DNA of 64,000 nt from Vicinamibacterales bacterium (GTDB lineage Bacteria; Acidobacteriota; Vicinamibacteria; Vicinamibacterales; UBA8438): the NCBI GenBank assembly GCA_963663195.1, contig OY760136.1, positions 1,146,070 to 1,210,069 on the forward strand. The letters are read 5' to 3'. The notes under the pieces are model-generated. The model was not told the origin of the DNA. It did no database searches and worked only from the letters and a program-made list of their open reading frames with translations. Made by a program: the position numbers and the translations under genes. Positions 32,039 through 41,010 of this stretch are shown piece by piece (within the stretch, counting starts at the first letter, position 1; the number at the start of each line of letters is the position of its first letter).

Positions 32039-32176
32039 ATGAAGCGTACATACCAGCCGAACCGCCGCCGCCGCGCGCGCACACATGGATTCCGCAAGCG
32101 GATGAGCACCAAGAACGGGCGCCTCATCCTGAAGAATCGGCGCGCCAAGGGCCGCAAGCGGCTGACAGTCTCTTGA
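32039..32176 (+). CDS. rpmH: 50S ribosomal protein L34
   Basis: Too short for the ORF track. Direct translation gives [45 protein letters not shown] (45 aa), the canonical L34 sequence. Confidence 0.97.
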   Translation: MKRTYQPNRRRRARTHGFRKRMSTKNGRLILKNRRAKGRKRLTVS

Positions 32177-32517
32177 ACCGGACTCTGACCCGCCGCGAGC
32201 GCCTGCGGCGCCGCCCAGAGTTCCTGAGCGCGCAACGGACGGGCGTCCGGACCCGCGGTCGCTACTTGACGCTGTTCGTCCTGCCAAACCGCCAGGACGT
32301 TACCCGTCTGGGTGTTATCGCAACGCGGCGGATGGGCGGCGCGGTTCGCCGCAACCGTTCAAAGCGCCTGGTGCGGGAGATCTTTCGCCTCAACAAGAGG
32401 CGTCGGGGTTTTGACATCGTCGTGCTGCCGCACCGCGGATTCAGCGATGCCCCATTCCTTGCACTGCAGGCGGACTACCAGGCCACGCTGCGGCGTGGAC
32501 AGCGCTCTCATGGCTGA
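32173..32517 (+). CDS. rnpA: ribonuclease P protein component
   Basis: 114 aa, basic. Contains [25 protein letters not shown] (the RNase P protein RNR motif). The TTG start overlaps the rpmH stop. Confidence 0.9.
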   Translation: MNRTLTRRERLRRRPEFLSAQRTGVRTRGRYLTLFVLPNRQDVTRLGVIATRRMGGAVRRNRSKRLVREIFRLNKRRRGFDIVVLPHRGFSDAPFLALQADYQATLRRGQRSHG

Positions 32518-32812
32518 GGTTCGCCGCCTGGCAAACTGGCTGGCGGGCCTGCCCGCCGGCGCTGCATTGGCGGCGATCGCGGCATACAAGACCCTTTTTT
32601 CGCCACTGTTTACAGGTTCGTGCCGGTTCGTGCCGTCGTGCTCGACCTACGCCCGGGAGGCGGTGCTGGTGCACGGCGCGCTGAGGGGCGGCTGGTTGGC
32701 GGTACGACGGCTTGCGCGTTGCCATCCCCTATGCGCGGGTGGCCTGGACCAGGTGCCGCTGCCGGCGCACGCCGCTCCTCGCGGGCGGCCACGTACACCC
32801 GAGGCGCGCTGA
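32510..32812 (+). CDS. yidD: membrane protein insertion efficiency factor YidD
   Basis: 3' part of track ORF 32312..32812, taken from the ATG at 32510. [50 protein letters not shown] is the YidD signature. Overlaps the rnpA end by 8 nt. Confidence 0.9.
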   Translation: MAEVRRLANWLAGLPAGAALAAIAAYKTLFSPLFTGSCRFVPSCSTYAREAVLVHGALRGGWLAVRRLARCHPLCAGGLDQVPLPAHAAPRGRPRTPEAR

Positions 32813-32822
32813 GCACGCCGCC

Positions 32823-33069
32823 CTAGCAGCCTGTGTTAAAACCCCACTGCATTCGAGCGGCGATGCGGCATCCGATAGATGGGGCTGCGCCCCAAACCCC
32901 CGCCAGCCACTCGCGGGGACCCCATCCCCCCACTCCGTGGCCGGCGGGCCGCGCCGTGCGCGGCTTGTTCAGCGCTCACATATCTTCGAATATGCTCGCT
33001 CTTCACGCCTTGCCAGCCACGCGCCTCACCGCTCTCGGTGCGACACGGGGTTCTACAACAGGCTGCTAG
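32823..33069. repeat. family-A inverted-repeat element (MITE/REP-like), copy A1, carrying a nested family-B element
   Basis: Starts CTAGCAGCCTGTG...CCCCACTGCAT and ends ...ACGGGGTTCTACAACAGGCTGCTAG (the termini are mutual inverted repeats). Collinear with 43761-43927 apart from an extra 88-bp block at 32877-32964. Confidence 0.8.
32877..32964 (+). repeat. family-B GC-rich multi-hairpin repeat, copy B1 (nested in A1)
   Basis: AGATGGGGCTGCGCCCCAAACCCCCGCCAGCCACTCGCGGGGACCCCATCCCCCCACTCCGTGGCCGGCGGGCCGCGCCGTGCGCGGC. Near-identical to the reverse complement of 44172-44262. Contains GGGGC-TGC-GCCCC and GCCGCGC-CGT-GCGCGGC hairpins. Confidence 0.8.
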
Positions 33070-33070
33070 C

Positions 33071-34101
33071 TGTGATCTTTCAATAGGTTGTCCACTCGGA
33101 CCCGACCGAGGAAACTGAAGGTGGAACCCAAACAGTTTTCCGGAGGAGAGCCCGAGTGGACATCCATAAGAATGCCAAGTTGACCCCGCAGAGTCGAGCC
33201 GATGTCGTGCGGCGGGTTCTCGATGAGGGCCAGACCCCGGCGGCGGTGGCCACCGCCGTCGGGGTCTGCGCGCGCACCGTACGCAAATGGGTAGCCCGCT
33301 ATCAGGCCGAGGGCGCCGCCGGGTTGGTTGACCGCAGCTCGCGTCCGCGGTGCTCGCCACACGCGGTGCCTGGCGCCACGGTGAGCCGCATCATTGCGCT
33401 GCGTCGGTTGCGGTGGACCGGTGCGCAGATCGCCGCCGCCGTCGGTGTGGCGCCGGCCACCGTCAGTCGAGTCCTCCGGCGCCAGGGACTGGCCCGCCTG
33501 GAGGCCCTCGACCCGGCGCCGCCCGTCCGCCGCTACGAGCATCCGCATCCCGGCGACATGCTGCACCTCGACATCAAGAAACTCGGCCGCTTTCGACGGG
33601 CCGGACACCGCGTTACCCGGGACCGCAGCCGCAGCAGCCCACGCGCCGGCTGGGAATATGTCCATGTCTGTGTCGACGACCACTCGCGCGTCGCCTTCAC
33701 CCAGCTCTACCCCGACCAAAGAGCCGACAGTGCAACGGTCTTCCTCACCGCCGCCGTCGCCTACTACCGCCGCCTCGGCATCACCGTCCGACGACTGCTC
33801 ACCGACAACGGCGGCTGCTACCGCTCCAGGGCCTTCAACGCACGCTGCCGCCAACTCGGCATCCGCCATCGCTATACCAGGCCCTTCACCCCCAGAACCA
33901 ACGGAAAGGCCGAGCGATTCATCCAAACCGCGCTGAGAGAATGGGCCTATGCACACGCCTACACCACCTCAGCCCAACGAGCCCAACACCTCCAACCCTG
34001 GCTCCACCGATACAATTGGCATCGGCCACACGCCAGTCTCAAGGCCAGGACGCCCATCAGCCGAATCGGTCTGACCAGGGACAACCTGTTGAGGTACCAC
34101 A
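33071..34101 (+). mobile_element. IS481-family insertion sequence, flanked by a 6-bp GCTAGC target-site duplication
   Basis: Left end TGTGATCTTTCAATAGGTTGTCC and reverse complement of right end TGTGGTACCTCAACAGGTTGTCC (18/23 identical). The left end resembles the Bordetella IS481 terminus as I recall it (TGTGAAGATTCAATAGGTTG). GCTAGC at 33065-33070 and at 34102-34107. One DDE transposase ORF inside. Confidence 0.88.
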
Positions 34102-34106
34102 GCTAG
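33156..34106 (+). CDS. IS481-family DDE transposase (rve integrase core)
   Basis: 316 aa, GTG start. N-terminal HTH (NAKLTPQSRADVVRRVLDEGQTPAAVA...TVRKWVARY). Catalytic regions HLDIKKL, VCVDDHSRVAF, LLTDNGGCY, RPFTPRTNGKAERF. The TAG stop (34104-34106) lies in the duplicated target, outside the right inverted repeat. Confidence 0.92.
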   Translation: MDIHKNAKLTPQSRADVVRRVLDEGQTPAAVATAVGVCARTVRKWVARYQAEGAAGLVDRSSRPRCSPHAVPGATVSRIIALRRLRWTGAQIAAAVGVAPATVSRVLRRQGLARLEALDPAPPVRRYEHPHPGDMLHLDIKKLGRFRRAGHRVTRDRSRSSPRAGWEYVHVCVDDHSRVAFTQLYPDQRADSATVFLTAAVAYYRRLGITVRRLLTDNGGCYRSRAFNARCRQLGIRHRYTRPFTPRTNGKAERFIQTALREWAYAHAYTTSAQRAQHLQPWLHRYNWHRPHASLKARTPISRIGLTRDNLLRYHS

Positions 34107-34116
34107 CGACGCGACC

Positions 34117-35904
34117 ATGGAGAGAAGGGTCCTGCTCGCCGTCTTTCTGTCATTCCTGGTGCTGTACGTGTATCAGGCGCTGTTCGTGCCCCCACCGCCG
34201 CCCCCGGGGGACGCACCCCCAGAGACGCAGGCCGTCGCGCCTTCCCCGCCCGCAGCCGTCGCGGACGCGCCGCTCCAGCCGCTGACCGCCGCCCCGGATC
34301 CGTTGCAGGCGGTCGATGCTGCACCCGATCTCCAGGCGCCGGATCCGGTCGTCGGTGATACGGCGCCGCGGGATATCGTCGTGGAGAACGACCACATGCG
34401 GGCGGTGTTCACGAACCGCGGCGCCAAGCTGAGCAGTTGGCAGCTCAAGGACTACCTGGAAGAAGGTGCGCCGGTGGAGCTCCTGCCTCGCGACTTGCCG
34501 CCGGGCGAGCCGGCCCCCTTCGCGCTGGAGCTTGGCGACGCACGGTTGACGCACCTGGCGGACACCGCCCTGTACCGCGCGAGCGCCGGTCGCCTGCAGC
34601 CGACGAATGAGTCCGAGACGCTGGTGTTCGACTACGAGGACGCCACCGGATTGCGCGTCCGAAAGGCGTTCCGGTTCGATCCCGGCGCCGGTCCCTACCA
34701 GTTCACCCTGACCGTCGAGGCGTCGCAGGAGAGCCAGCCGATCAACCCGGTTCTGCGCTGGGGCCCGGCGCTGGGCGGGGTCGAGCGGTCGGCGTCCGGC
34801 TTCGCGTTCCGCCAGGGTCCGCGGGGGGTCCTCGAGGGCCGCCTGCTCGAGAACGGCGTCCTGGGGGAGATGGACATCACGCGCCCGGCGGCTGACGACG
34901 TCTTGGAGCAGGCGACGTACGAGGGCCCGATGACGTTCGTCGGAGTGGACAACCACTACTTCCTGGCTGCGGCGCTGCCGCACGGCCAGGAGACGACCGT
35001 GCAGTACCGCGCCGTGCCGCTTCCCCCTGTGCCCCCCGACGAGGACACGCGCGAGCTGATGGCGTTCGATCTCGTCCTGCCCAGCGGCTTCGCGGATCTG
35101 CCGTTCTATCTGGGGCCGAAGGACTTCGACGTGCTCGAAGCGGCGGACCCGGCGCTGCCGCAGTCCATCGAATTCGGGTTCCTGTCCTGGCTGGTAGTCC
35201 CGCTGCACCGCTCGCTGACCTGGGTGCATTCCGGCGTCGGCAACTGGGGATTGTCGATCATCATCCTGACGCTGATGATCAACGTCGTCATCTTCCCGTT
35301 GCGGCACAAGCAGGTCGTCTCGGCGCGCAAGATGCAGGAAATCCAGCCGGAGATGAAGGCGATTCAGGAGCGCTACAAGCACCTGAAGGCGACGGATCCG
35401 CAGAAGCAGAAGATGAACCAGGAGGTGATGGCGCTCTACCGCGACCGCGGGGTCAACCCGGTCAGTGGGTGCCTGCCCCTGCTGGCCACCATGCCGATCC
35501 TGTTCGCGTTCTACCGCCTGCTGTCGATGGCCATCGAGATGCGCGGCGCTCCCTTCATGTTGTGGATCACGGACCTCTCCGTGCACGATCCGCTATACAT
35601 CACGCCGGTCATCATGGGCGGCTCGATGGTGCTGCAAACCTGGTTGACACCGACCCAGGTCGACCCGATGCAGCAGAAGATGATGATGGCGATGCCCGTC
35701 GTCTTCACCTTCATGTTTCTCTGGGCCCCGAGCGGTCTCGTGATCTACTGGCTCACCAGCAACGTGCTCGGGATCGGACAGCAGGTGTTAACGAACCGGG
35801 TGATCGGACCGCCCAAGGTGCGCACCGTGCGGCCGCCGGCGGAGCGGCGCGTGAAGAAGCAGGCCAAGGGCGGATCGGGTGGGAGGAGCACGACCGGTGG
35901 CTGA
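34117..35904 (+). CDS. yidC: membrane protein insertase YidC
   Basis: 595 aa. N-terminal TM, large periplasmic P1 domain, conserved C-terminal core (GNWGLSIIILTLMINVVIFPL, MQEIQPEMKAIQERYK, NPVSGCLPLL). Confidence 0.95.
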   Translation: MERRVLLAVFLSFLVLYVYQALFVPPPPPPGDAPPETQAVAPSPPAAVADAPLQPLTAAPDPLQAVDAAPDLQAPDPVVGDTAPRDIVVENDHMRAVFTNRGAKLSSWQLKDYLEEGAPVELLPRDLPPGEPAPFALELGDARLTHLADTALYRASAGRLQPTNESETLVFDYEDATGLRVRKAFRFDPGAGPYQFTLTVEASQESQPINPVLRWGPALGGVERSASGFAFRQGPRGVLEGRLLENGVLGEMDITRPAADDVLEQATYEGPMTFVGVDNHYFLAAALPHGQETTVQYRAVPLPPVPPDEDTRELMAFDLVLPSGFADLPFYLGPKDFDVLEAADPALPQSIEFGFLSWLVVPLHRSLTWVHSGVGNWGLSIIILTLMINVVIFPLRHKQVVSARKMQEIQPEMKAIQERYKHLKATDPQKQKMNQEVMALYRDRGVNPVSGCLPLLATMPILFAFYRLLSMAIEMRGAPFMLWITDLSVHDPLYITPVIMGGSMVLQTWLTPTQVDPMQQKMMMAMPVVFTFMFLWAPSGLVIYWLTSNVLGIGQQVLTNRVIGPPKVRTVRPPAERRVKKQAKGGSGGRSTTGG

Positions 35905-36358
35905 TGATCTCGACGGGCAGCTCGTGCAGTTCGTGCAGTCGGTTACCGACGCGATGGGACTCGATCTGGAAGTCGCCGTCGAGCCGATTGCAGATGGGAC
36001 GCGCATCGTAATCGCCGGGGACGGCTGCGACGTTTTCGTCCGCCGCCGGGCGGCCGCGCTCGACGCGCTGCAACACGTCGTCAACGCGGCGTTTCGCCGC
36101 AAGCATCCGAGCCGGCACATCGTGGTGGACTGCCTCGATTACCGCAAGGGGAAGGACGCCGAGCTGCAGGAGACCGCCGTGCTGCTCGCCGGCCGCGCTC
36201 GCGAGACGGGCGAGCCGCAGGAGATGGGTCCCCTCAACCCGTACGCCCGCCGGCTCGTGCACCTCGCCATCGCCGCAGAGCCGGACGTGTCGTCGGAAAG
36301 CAGCGGTGACGCCTTCATGAAGACCGTCGTGATCTCGGCCGACGACCCGGGCCACTGA
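35879..36358 (+). CDS. jag: Jag/KhpB-type R3H domain RNA-binding protein
   Basis: 159-aa track ORF. The true start may be the in-frame GTG at about 35897 that overlaps the yidC end. KH-like and R3H region (PLNPYARRLVHLAIA). Conserved position after yidC. Confidence 0.8.
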   Translation: MGGARPVADDLDGQLVQFVQSVTDAMGLDLEVAVEPIADGTRIVIAGDGCDVFVRRRAAALDALQHVVNAAFRRKHPSRHIVVDCLDYRKGKDAELQETAVLLAGRARETGEPQEMGPLNPYARRLVHLAIAAEPDVSSESSGDAFMKTVVISADDPGH

Positions 36359-36361
36359 CGT

Positions 36362-36426
36362 GAGCAGCCCGTGGCGAACGCCCCGCTGCATACCAGCGGC
36401 GCGGGGTTTCACCACAGGCTGCTAGG
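36362..36426. repeat. family-A element, minimal hairpin copy A3 (two arms only)
   Basis: AGCAGCCCGTGGCGAACGCCCCGC TGCATACCAGCG GCGGGGTTTCACCACAGGCTGCT forms a hairpin of about 24 bp. It fills the whole jag-mnmE spacer and ends ...GCTGCTAG, 2 nt before the mnmE ATG. Confidence 0.8.
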
Positions 36427-36428
36427 GC

Positions 36429-37793
36429 ATGTACTCACCGGACGACACGATCGTTGCGGTCGCGACGCCGGCCGGCCGCGGCGGGATCGGCGTGGTGCGG
36501 GTCAGCGGTCCGGCGGCCAGCGGCGCGGCCGCCGCGGTGCTGCGCCCCAGCGGTGAGCTACGGCCGCGGCAGGCCACGCTTGCGTCGGTAGTCGCCGCCG
36601 CGGCATCCGGCCGCCCCGTGGATCAGGTGGTGGCCACCTACTTCCCCGGACCGGCGTCGTACACCGGGGAGGATGTGGTCGAGATCAGCGGCCACGGCAG
36701 CCCCGTGCTGCTGCGTCAGATCGTCGAAGCGGTCGTCCGGGCGGGCGCGCGCCTGGCCGAGCCGGGCGAGTTCACGCTGCGGGCATTCGTCAACGGCCGG
36801 ATGGACCTGGTTCAGGCCGAGGCCGTCGCCGACCTGATCGACGCCGTCACTCCCCTGCAGGCGCGGGTTGCCTTTGATCAACTCGAAGGCACCGTCACCG
36901 CCGCGATCGCCTCCATCGAAAGTGCGTTGTTCGACTTGACGGCGCGCTTGGAAGCCTCCGTCGACTTTCCCGAGGAGGGCTACCATTTCGCCGCGGCGGG
37001 GGCGGTGGCGGCCGAGACGCGGGCGCTGGTCGAGCGGACGCAGGCGCTGCTGGCCAACGCCCGCACCGGCCGGCTGGTGCGCGAGGGGCGCCAGGTCGTC
37101 ATTCTCGGGAAGCCGAACGTCGGGAAATCCACCCTGTTCAACCGGCTGCTGGGCGCACCGCGGGCGATTGTGACGGACGTGCCCGGCACCACCCGGGATC
37201 TGCTGACGGAAACCGCGGAGATCGACGGCCTGCCGGTGACGTTGGTCGACACGGCGGGGATCCGGGCGACAGCCGACGCCGTCGAGTCCGAGGGCGTTGC
37301 GCGGGCGCGCGGCGCGCTCGAGGTCGCGGCGGCCGTGCTGCTGGTGCTCGACCGCTCCCGGCCGCTGGAAGGCGCGGACCGCGATCTGCTGCGGGAGACT
37401 GCCGCCACGGACCGCGTGGTCGTCATCAACAAGGCGGACCGGCCGGCGTGCTGGGAGGCAACGGATGTGCCGGCCGCGGGCCCCCGCGTGACCGTATCGC
37501 TGCGTGAGGAGAGCGATCTGTGCGACCTGCGCGGCGTGCTGGCCGAGGTGCTGTGGGGCGGTGAGCCGCTCCGCGATACGCCGACGCTGTCCAACCTGCG
37601 TCACATCCTGCTGGTGGAAGAGACCGCGGCGGCCCTGGCGCGCGCGGCGGATGCGGCGGATGCGGCCGCGCCGGAAGAGTTGATTCTGGCCGACCTGCAG
37701 GAGGCGCGCGGCGCGCTCGAGGCAGTCACCGGGAAGCGTACGGCCGAAGACGTGCTGCAGCGGATCTTCGCCCGCTTCTGCATCGGCAAGTAG
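36429..37793 (+). CDS. mnmE: tRNA modification GTPase MnmE
   Basis: 454 aa. [23 protein letters not shown]1 [17 protein letters not shown]-terminal FCIGK. Confidence 0.95.
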   Translation: MYSPDDTIVAVATPAGRGGIGVVRVSGPAASGAAAAVLRPSGELRPRQATLASVVAAAASGRPVDQVVATYFPGPASYTGEDVVEISGHGSPVLLRQIVEAVVRAGARLAEPGEFTLRAFVNGRMDLVQAEAVADLIDAVTPLQARVAFDQLEGTVTAAIASIESALFDLTARLEASVDFPEEGYHFAAAGAVAAETRALVERTQALLANARTGRLVREGRQVVILGKPNVGKSTLFNRLLGAPRAIVTDVPGTTRDLLTETAEIDGLPVTLVDTAGIRATADAVESEGVARARGALEVAAAVLLVLDRSRPLEGADRDLLRETAATDRVVVINKADRPACWEATDVPAAGPRVTVSLREESDLCDLRGVLAEVLWGGEPLRDTPTLSNLRHILLVEETAAALARAADAADAAAPEELILADLQEARGALEAVTGKRTAEDVLQRIFARFCIGK

Positions 37794-37812
37794 ACTCGGC
37801 GGACAGCTTGCG

Positions 37813-39723
37813 GTGAGCATGAACAACTACGACATTGTCGTCATCGGGGCCGGGCATGCCGGCTGTGAAGCGGCGTTCGCGGCGGCGCGCATGGGCGTCC
37901 GCGTCGGCCTCTGCACGCTTTCGAACGCCACTGTCGCGCACATGCCGTGCAACCCGGCGGTCGGGGGCACCGCCAAGGGGCACCTGGTGCGCGAGATCGA
38001 CGCGCTGGGCGGCCTGATGGGTCGGGCGATCGACGCCGTCGGCATCCAGTTCAAGCTGCTCAACCGCAGCCGCGGACCGGCGGTCCGGTCGCCGCGCGCG
38101 CAGGCCGACAAGAAGCTGTACGGCGCCTGGATGAAGCAGGCGCTAGATTGCGAGCCCGGCCTCGACTGGATCATCGGGCGAGCCGGCAGGATCCTTGTCG
38201 ATCAGGGACAGATCGCCGGCATCGAGCTGGAGAACGGCCGGCGGATAGGCTGCGGCGCGGTCGTAGTCACGACCGGAACGTTTCTCAACGGATTGATCCA
38301 CGTCGGACCGGAAACCCGTGCGGCGGGCCGGGCGGGCGAGCCGGCGTCGCACGCGCTGGCGGTGTCGCTCAAGTCGCTCGGCTTCCGGTGGGGGCGGCTC
38401 AAGACAGGCACGCCGCCGCGGCTCGACCGCCGCAGCATCGACTTCGACCGCTTCGAGCCGGCGCTCGGCGACTGCCCACCGGTGCCCTTCTCGTTCATGA
38501 CGGACGGGATCGACCGCCCGCAGGTGCTGTGCCACCTGCTGCACACCACCGCTCGTGTGCGGGACCTCGTCCGGCGCCATATCGACCAGTCCCCCCTTTA
38601 CAACGGTCAGATTTCCGGTATCGGCCCGCGCTACTGTCCCTCGCTGGAGGACAAGATCATGCGCTTCCCGGATCGGGAGCGGCATCACATCTTCCTCGAG
38701 CCCGAGGGGCTCGACGTCGACGAGATCTACGTGAACGGGTATTCCATGAGCCTGCCGCGCGACGTCCAGGAGGCGCTCGTGCATGCCCTGCCGGGCCTCG
38801 AGGACGCGCTGATGCTGCGCCCCGGGTACGCCGTCGAGTACGACTTCATTCAACCGACGGAGCTCTCCCCCACCTTCGAGACGAAACGCATCCGGGGACT
38901 GTTCCTGGCCGGTCAGGTTAACGGCACTTCGGGCTACGAGGAGGCGGCGGCGCAGGGCCTGCTGGCCGGCATCAACGCCGCCCGGCGCGCGCGCCGTCGC
39001 AAGCCGATTGTGATCGACCGGGCCGAGGCGTACATCGGGGTGTTGGCGGACGACCTGACGACGCGCGGCTGCCTGGAGCCGTACCGGATATTCACCTCGC
39101 GGGCCGAGCACCGGTTGCTGCTTCGCATCGACAACGCCGATCTCCGCCTAACGCCGCGCGGGCGCGACATGGGGTTGGTGTGCGACGAGCGGTGGGAGCG
39201 GTTCGAGGCCCGCCGCGCGCGCTACGAGCGGAACCGCATGCGCATCCGGCGGACCACCGTTGCGCTGGACGGTGGCGTGCGCCTGCGGGCGGCGCAGGCG
39301 TTGCGGCGCCCGGATGTGCGCCTCGAGCAGTTGGCGGCGCGGGGCGGGATTGCGCTCGAGAGCGTGCCCGGCCAACGGCACGTCGATCTGGCCAGCGTCG
39401 AAACGGAATTCAAGTACGCCGGGTACCTGGATCGCCAGCAGGCGGCCGTTGCCCGCGTCCGCCGGCAGGAACGCCTGCGCATCCCGCGCGACTTCCGCTA
39501 CCAGGGAGTGCCGGGGCTGTCGCGCGAAATCGTCGAGCGGCTGACCGACACGCGTCCGGCAACGCTCGGCCAGGCCCGCCGGGTGCCGGGCGTGACAGCC
39601 GCCGCCGTCACGGTGATTGCCGCCTACGTTGCGCGCGGCGCTACCGGCCGCCGCCTGCAACCCCCACGCGAGGCGTCTTCCGCGCCGGCGGTAGAGTCGG
39701 AAGCGCGCCCGACCGGCCCGTGA
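37813..39723 (+). CDS. mnmG: tRNA uridine-5-carboxymethylaminomethyl synthesis enzyme MnmG (GidA)
   Basis: 636 aa. [19 protein letters not shown] motif, [41 protein letters not shown]. Confidence 0.96.
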   Translation: MSMNNYDIVVIGAGHAGCEAAFAAARMGVRVGLCTLSNATVAHMPCNPAVGGTAKGHLVREIDALGGLMGRAIDAVGIQFKLLNRSRGPAVRSPRAQADKKLYGAWMKQALDCEPGLDWIIGRAGRILVDQGQIAGIELENGRRIGCGAVVVTTGTFLNGLIHVGPETRAAGRAGEPASHALAVSLKSLGFRWGRLKTGTPPRLDRRSIDFDRFEPALGDCPPVPFSFMTDGIDRPQVLCHLLHTTARVRDLVRRHIDQSPLYNGQISGIGPRYCPSLEDKIMRFPDRERHHIFLEPEGLDVDEIYVNGYSMSLPRDVQEALVHALPGLEDALMLRPGYAVEYDFIQPTELSPTFETKRIRGLFLAGQVNGTSGYEEAAAQGLLAGINAARRARRRKPIVIDRAEAYIGVLADDLTTRGCLEPYRIFTSRAEHRLLLRIDNADLRLTPRGRDMGLVCDERWERFEARRARYERNRMRIRRTTVALDGGVRLRAAQALRRPDVRLEQLAARGGIALESVPGQRHVDLASVETEFKYAGYLDRQQAAVARVRRQERLRIPRDFRYQGVPGLSREIVERLTDTRPATLGQARRVPGVTAAAVTVIAAYVARGATGRRLQPPREASSAPAVESEARPTGP

Positions 39724-40388
39724 CCGACGATCAGCGGCGTGCGCGGCTGGCGGCGCGCCTCCGGCGTCGCGCGTCGCGCGCGCGGCTGGCGCTGCAACCG
39801 GCGTTGGCCGGGCAGCTGTGCGCCTACGTGGAGCTGCTGCAGCAGTGGAACGCGCGCATGAATCTGACCGCGCTCGACGACGGCGACCACGGTCTCGACC
39901 GTCTGCTGATAGAGCCATTGGCGGCGGCGGCCCATGTCGGCGGAGGGCCGCTCAGGATGGTTGACATCGGATCGGGCAGCGGCTCGCCGGCGATCCCGCT
40001 CCGGCTCGCACTCGGGGCCGGGTCCCTGTCGATGATCGAGGCGCGGGAGCGCAAGGCGGCGTTTCTCCGCGAGGCGGTCCGCCGGCTGGAGCTGCCGGAT
40101 GCGTCAGTGGAAACCGGGCGCTTCGAGGAGCTCGCCGGCCAGGCGGGCCTGCAGGGCGCGTTCGATCTGCTGACGCTGCGCGGCGTAAGGGCGGCGCGGC
40201 GCGAGCTGCGGCAGCTTCAGCACTTCGTCCGGGACGGTGGCGAACTGTTGCTGTTCAGGAGCGGCGGCGTTGATGAGCTGCCGCTGGACCTGCCGCCGTC
40301 GCTCGAGCACCGCGGGACCCTGCCGCTCGTCGACAGCCTGGGAAGCCGGCTGTTGGTTTTGCGCAAGGGCCGAACAAAAAGCGAATAA
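39720..40388 (+). CDS. rsmG: 16S rRNA (guanine527-N7)-methyltransferase RsmG (GidB)
   Basis: Track ORF 39180..40388 trimmed to the in-frame GTG at 39720, which overlaps the mnmG TGA (GTGA). [14 protein letters not shown] and [16 protein letters not shown] motifs. Confidence 0.85.
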   Translation: MTDDQRRARLAARLRRRASRARLALQPALAGQLCAYVELLQQWNARMNLTALDDGDHGLDRLLIEPLAAAAHVGGGPLRMVDIGSGSGSPAIPLRLALGAGSLSMIEARERKAAFLREAVRRLELPDASVETGRFEELAGQAGLQGAFDLLTLRGVRAARRELRQLQHFVRDGGELLLFRSGGVDELPLDLPPSLEHRGTLPLVDSLGSRLLVLRKGRTKSE

Positions 40389-40437
40389 AAAGCAAAACCT
40401 GAACTGCGGCCGGGTTCCCGCGCGCCGCCGCCGGCCG

Positions 40438-41010
40438 CTAGCCTACGCCCCGCTCGCCGGCGGCGATCTGCGGAAAATCGTCCCGCTCGTACAACGCGAC
40501 GTAGTGGGGAACGTGGGCCAATATCGTCTCCGCTCCCCCGTCCTGCCGATCGACCAATGCAATGACACCGACCACCTCGCAACCGGCGAGGCGCGCCTCG
40601 TCAACCGCCTTGAGGGCGGATTTTCCGCTCGTCACGACATCCTCGACGATTACGACTCGCGTACCAGGCGGCGGCGGGTTCTCGATCAGGCGCCGGGTGC
40701 CGTGGGTCTTGGGTTGCTTCCGCACGTAGAAGCCGTCGAGCGCTCGCCCGTGTGCAAAGGCGCGCAGCATGAGGGCGCCGATGATGGGATCGGCGCCGTG
40801 CGTCAGACCACCGACGGCGGTAACGTCCGTGGGCAGGCCGCCCAGGGCGCGCAGGAAGGCGTCGCCGACTAGCGGCGCGCCGGCTGCGCTGAGCGTTACG
40901 GGCTTGCAGTCGAAGTAAAAGGTGGATTCCTTGCCGGAGCTCAGCGTGATGCGCTGTCCGGTGTGGAGCGCCCGTTCGGCAAGGATCGTCCACAGGGGGT
41001 CGTTTGTCAT
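40438..41010 (-). CDS. pyrE: orotate phosphoribosyltransferase
   Basis: Track ORF 40438..41097 trimmed to the ATG at 41008-41010 (MTNDPLWTILAERALHTGQRITLSSGKESTFYFDCK...). PRPP-binding VVIVEDVVTSGKS. Confidence 0.9.
   Translation of the reverse strand: MTNDPLWTILAERALHTGQRITLSSGKESTFYFDCKPVTLSAAGAPLVGDAFLRALGGLPTDVTAVGGLTHGADPIIGALMLRAFAHGRALDGFYVRKQPKTHGTRRLIENPPPPGTRVVIVEDVVTSGKSALKAVDEARLAGCEVVGVIALVDRQDGGAETILAHVPHYVALYERDDFPQIAAGERGVG

Noticed and set aside
32879-33118. Recurring peptide MGLRPKPPPATRGDPI.PLR.RRAAPCAA (also 44003..44260 on the minus strand) that could be mistaken for a small conserved protein family.
   Set aside because: The recurrence is at the DNA level (family-B repeat). 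The copies lie in opposite orientations relative to flanking genes, lack ribosome-binding sites, and the frame is not maintained between B2 and B3 (an indel of about 20 bp). A repeat artefact, not a gene.
33350-34285. 311-aa Pro/Arg-rich ORF crossing the right end of the IS and entering yidC.
   Set aside because: An alternative frame of the transposase and yidC genes. Its composition is typical of an off-frame GC-rich translation, and it crosses a mobile-element boundary, which a real gene would not.
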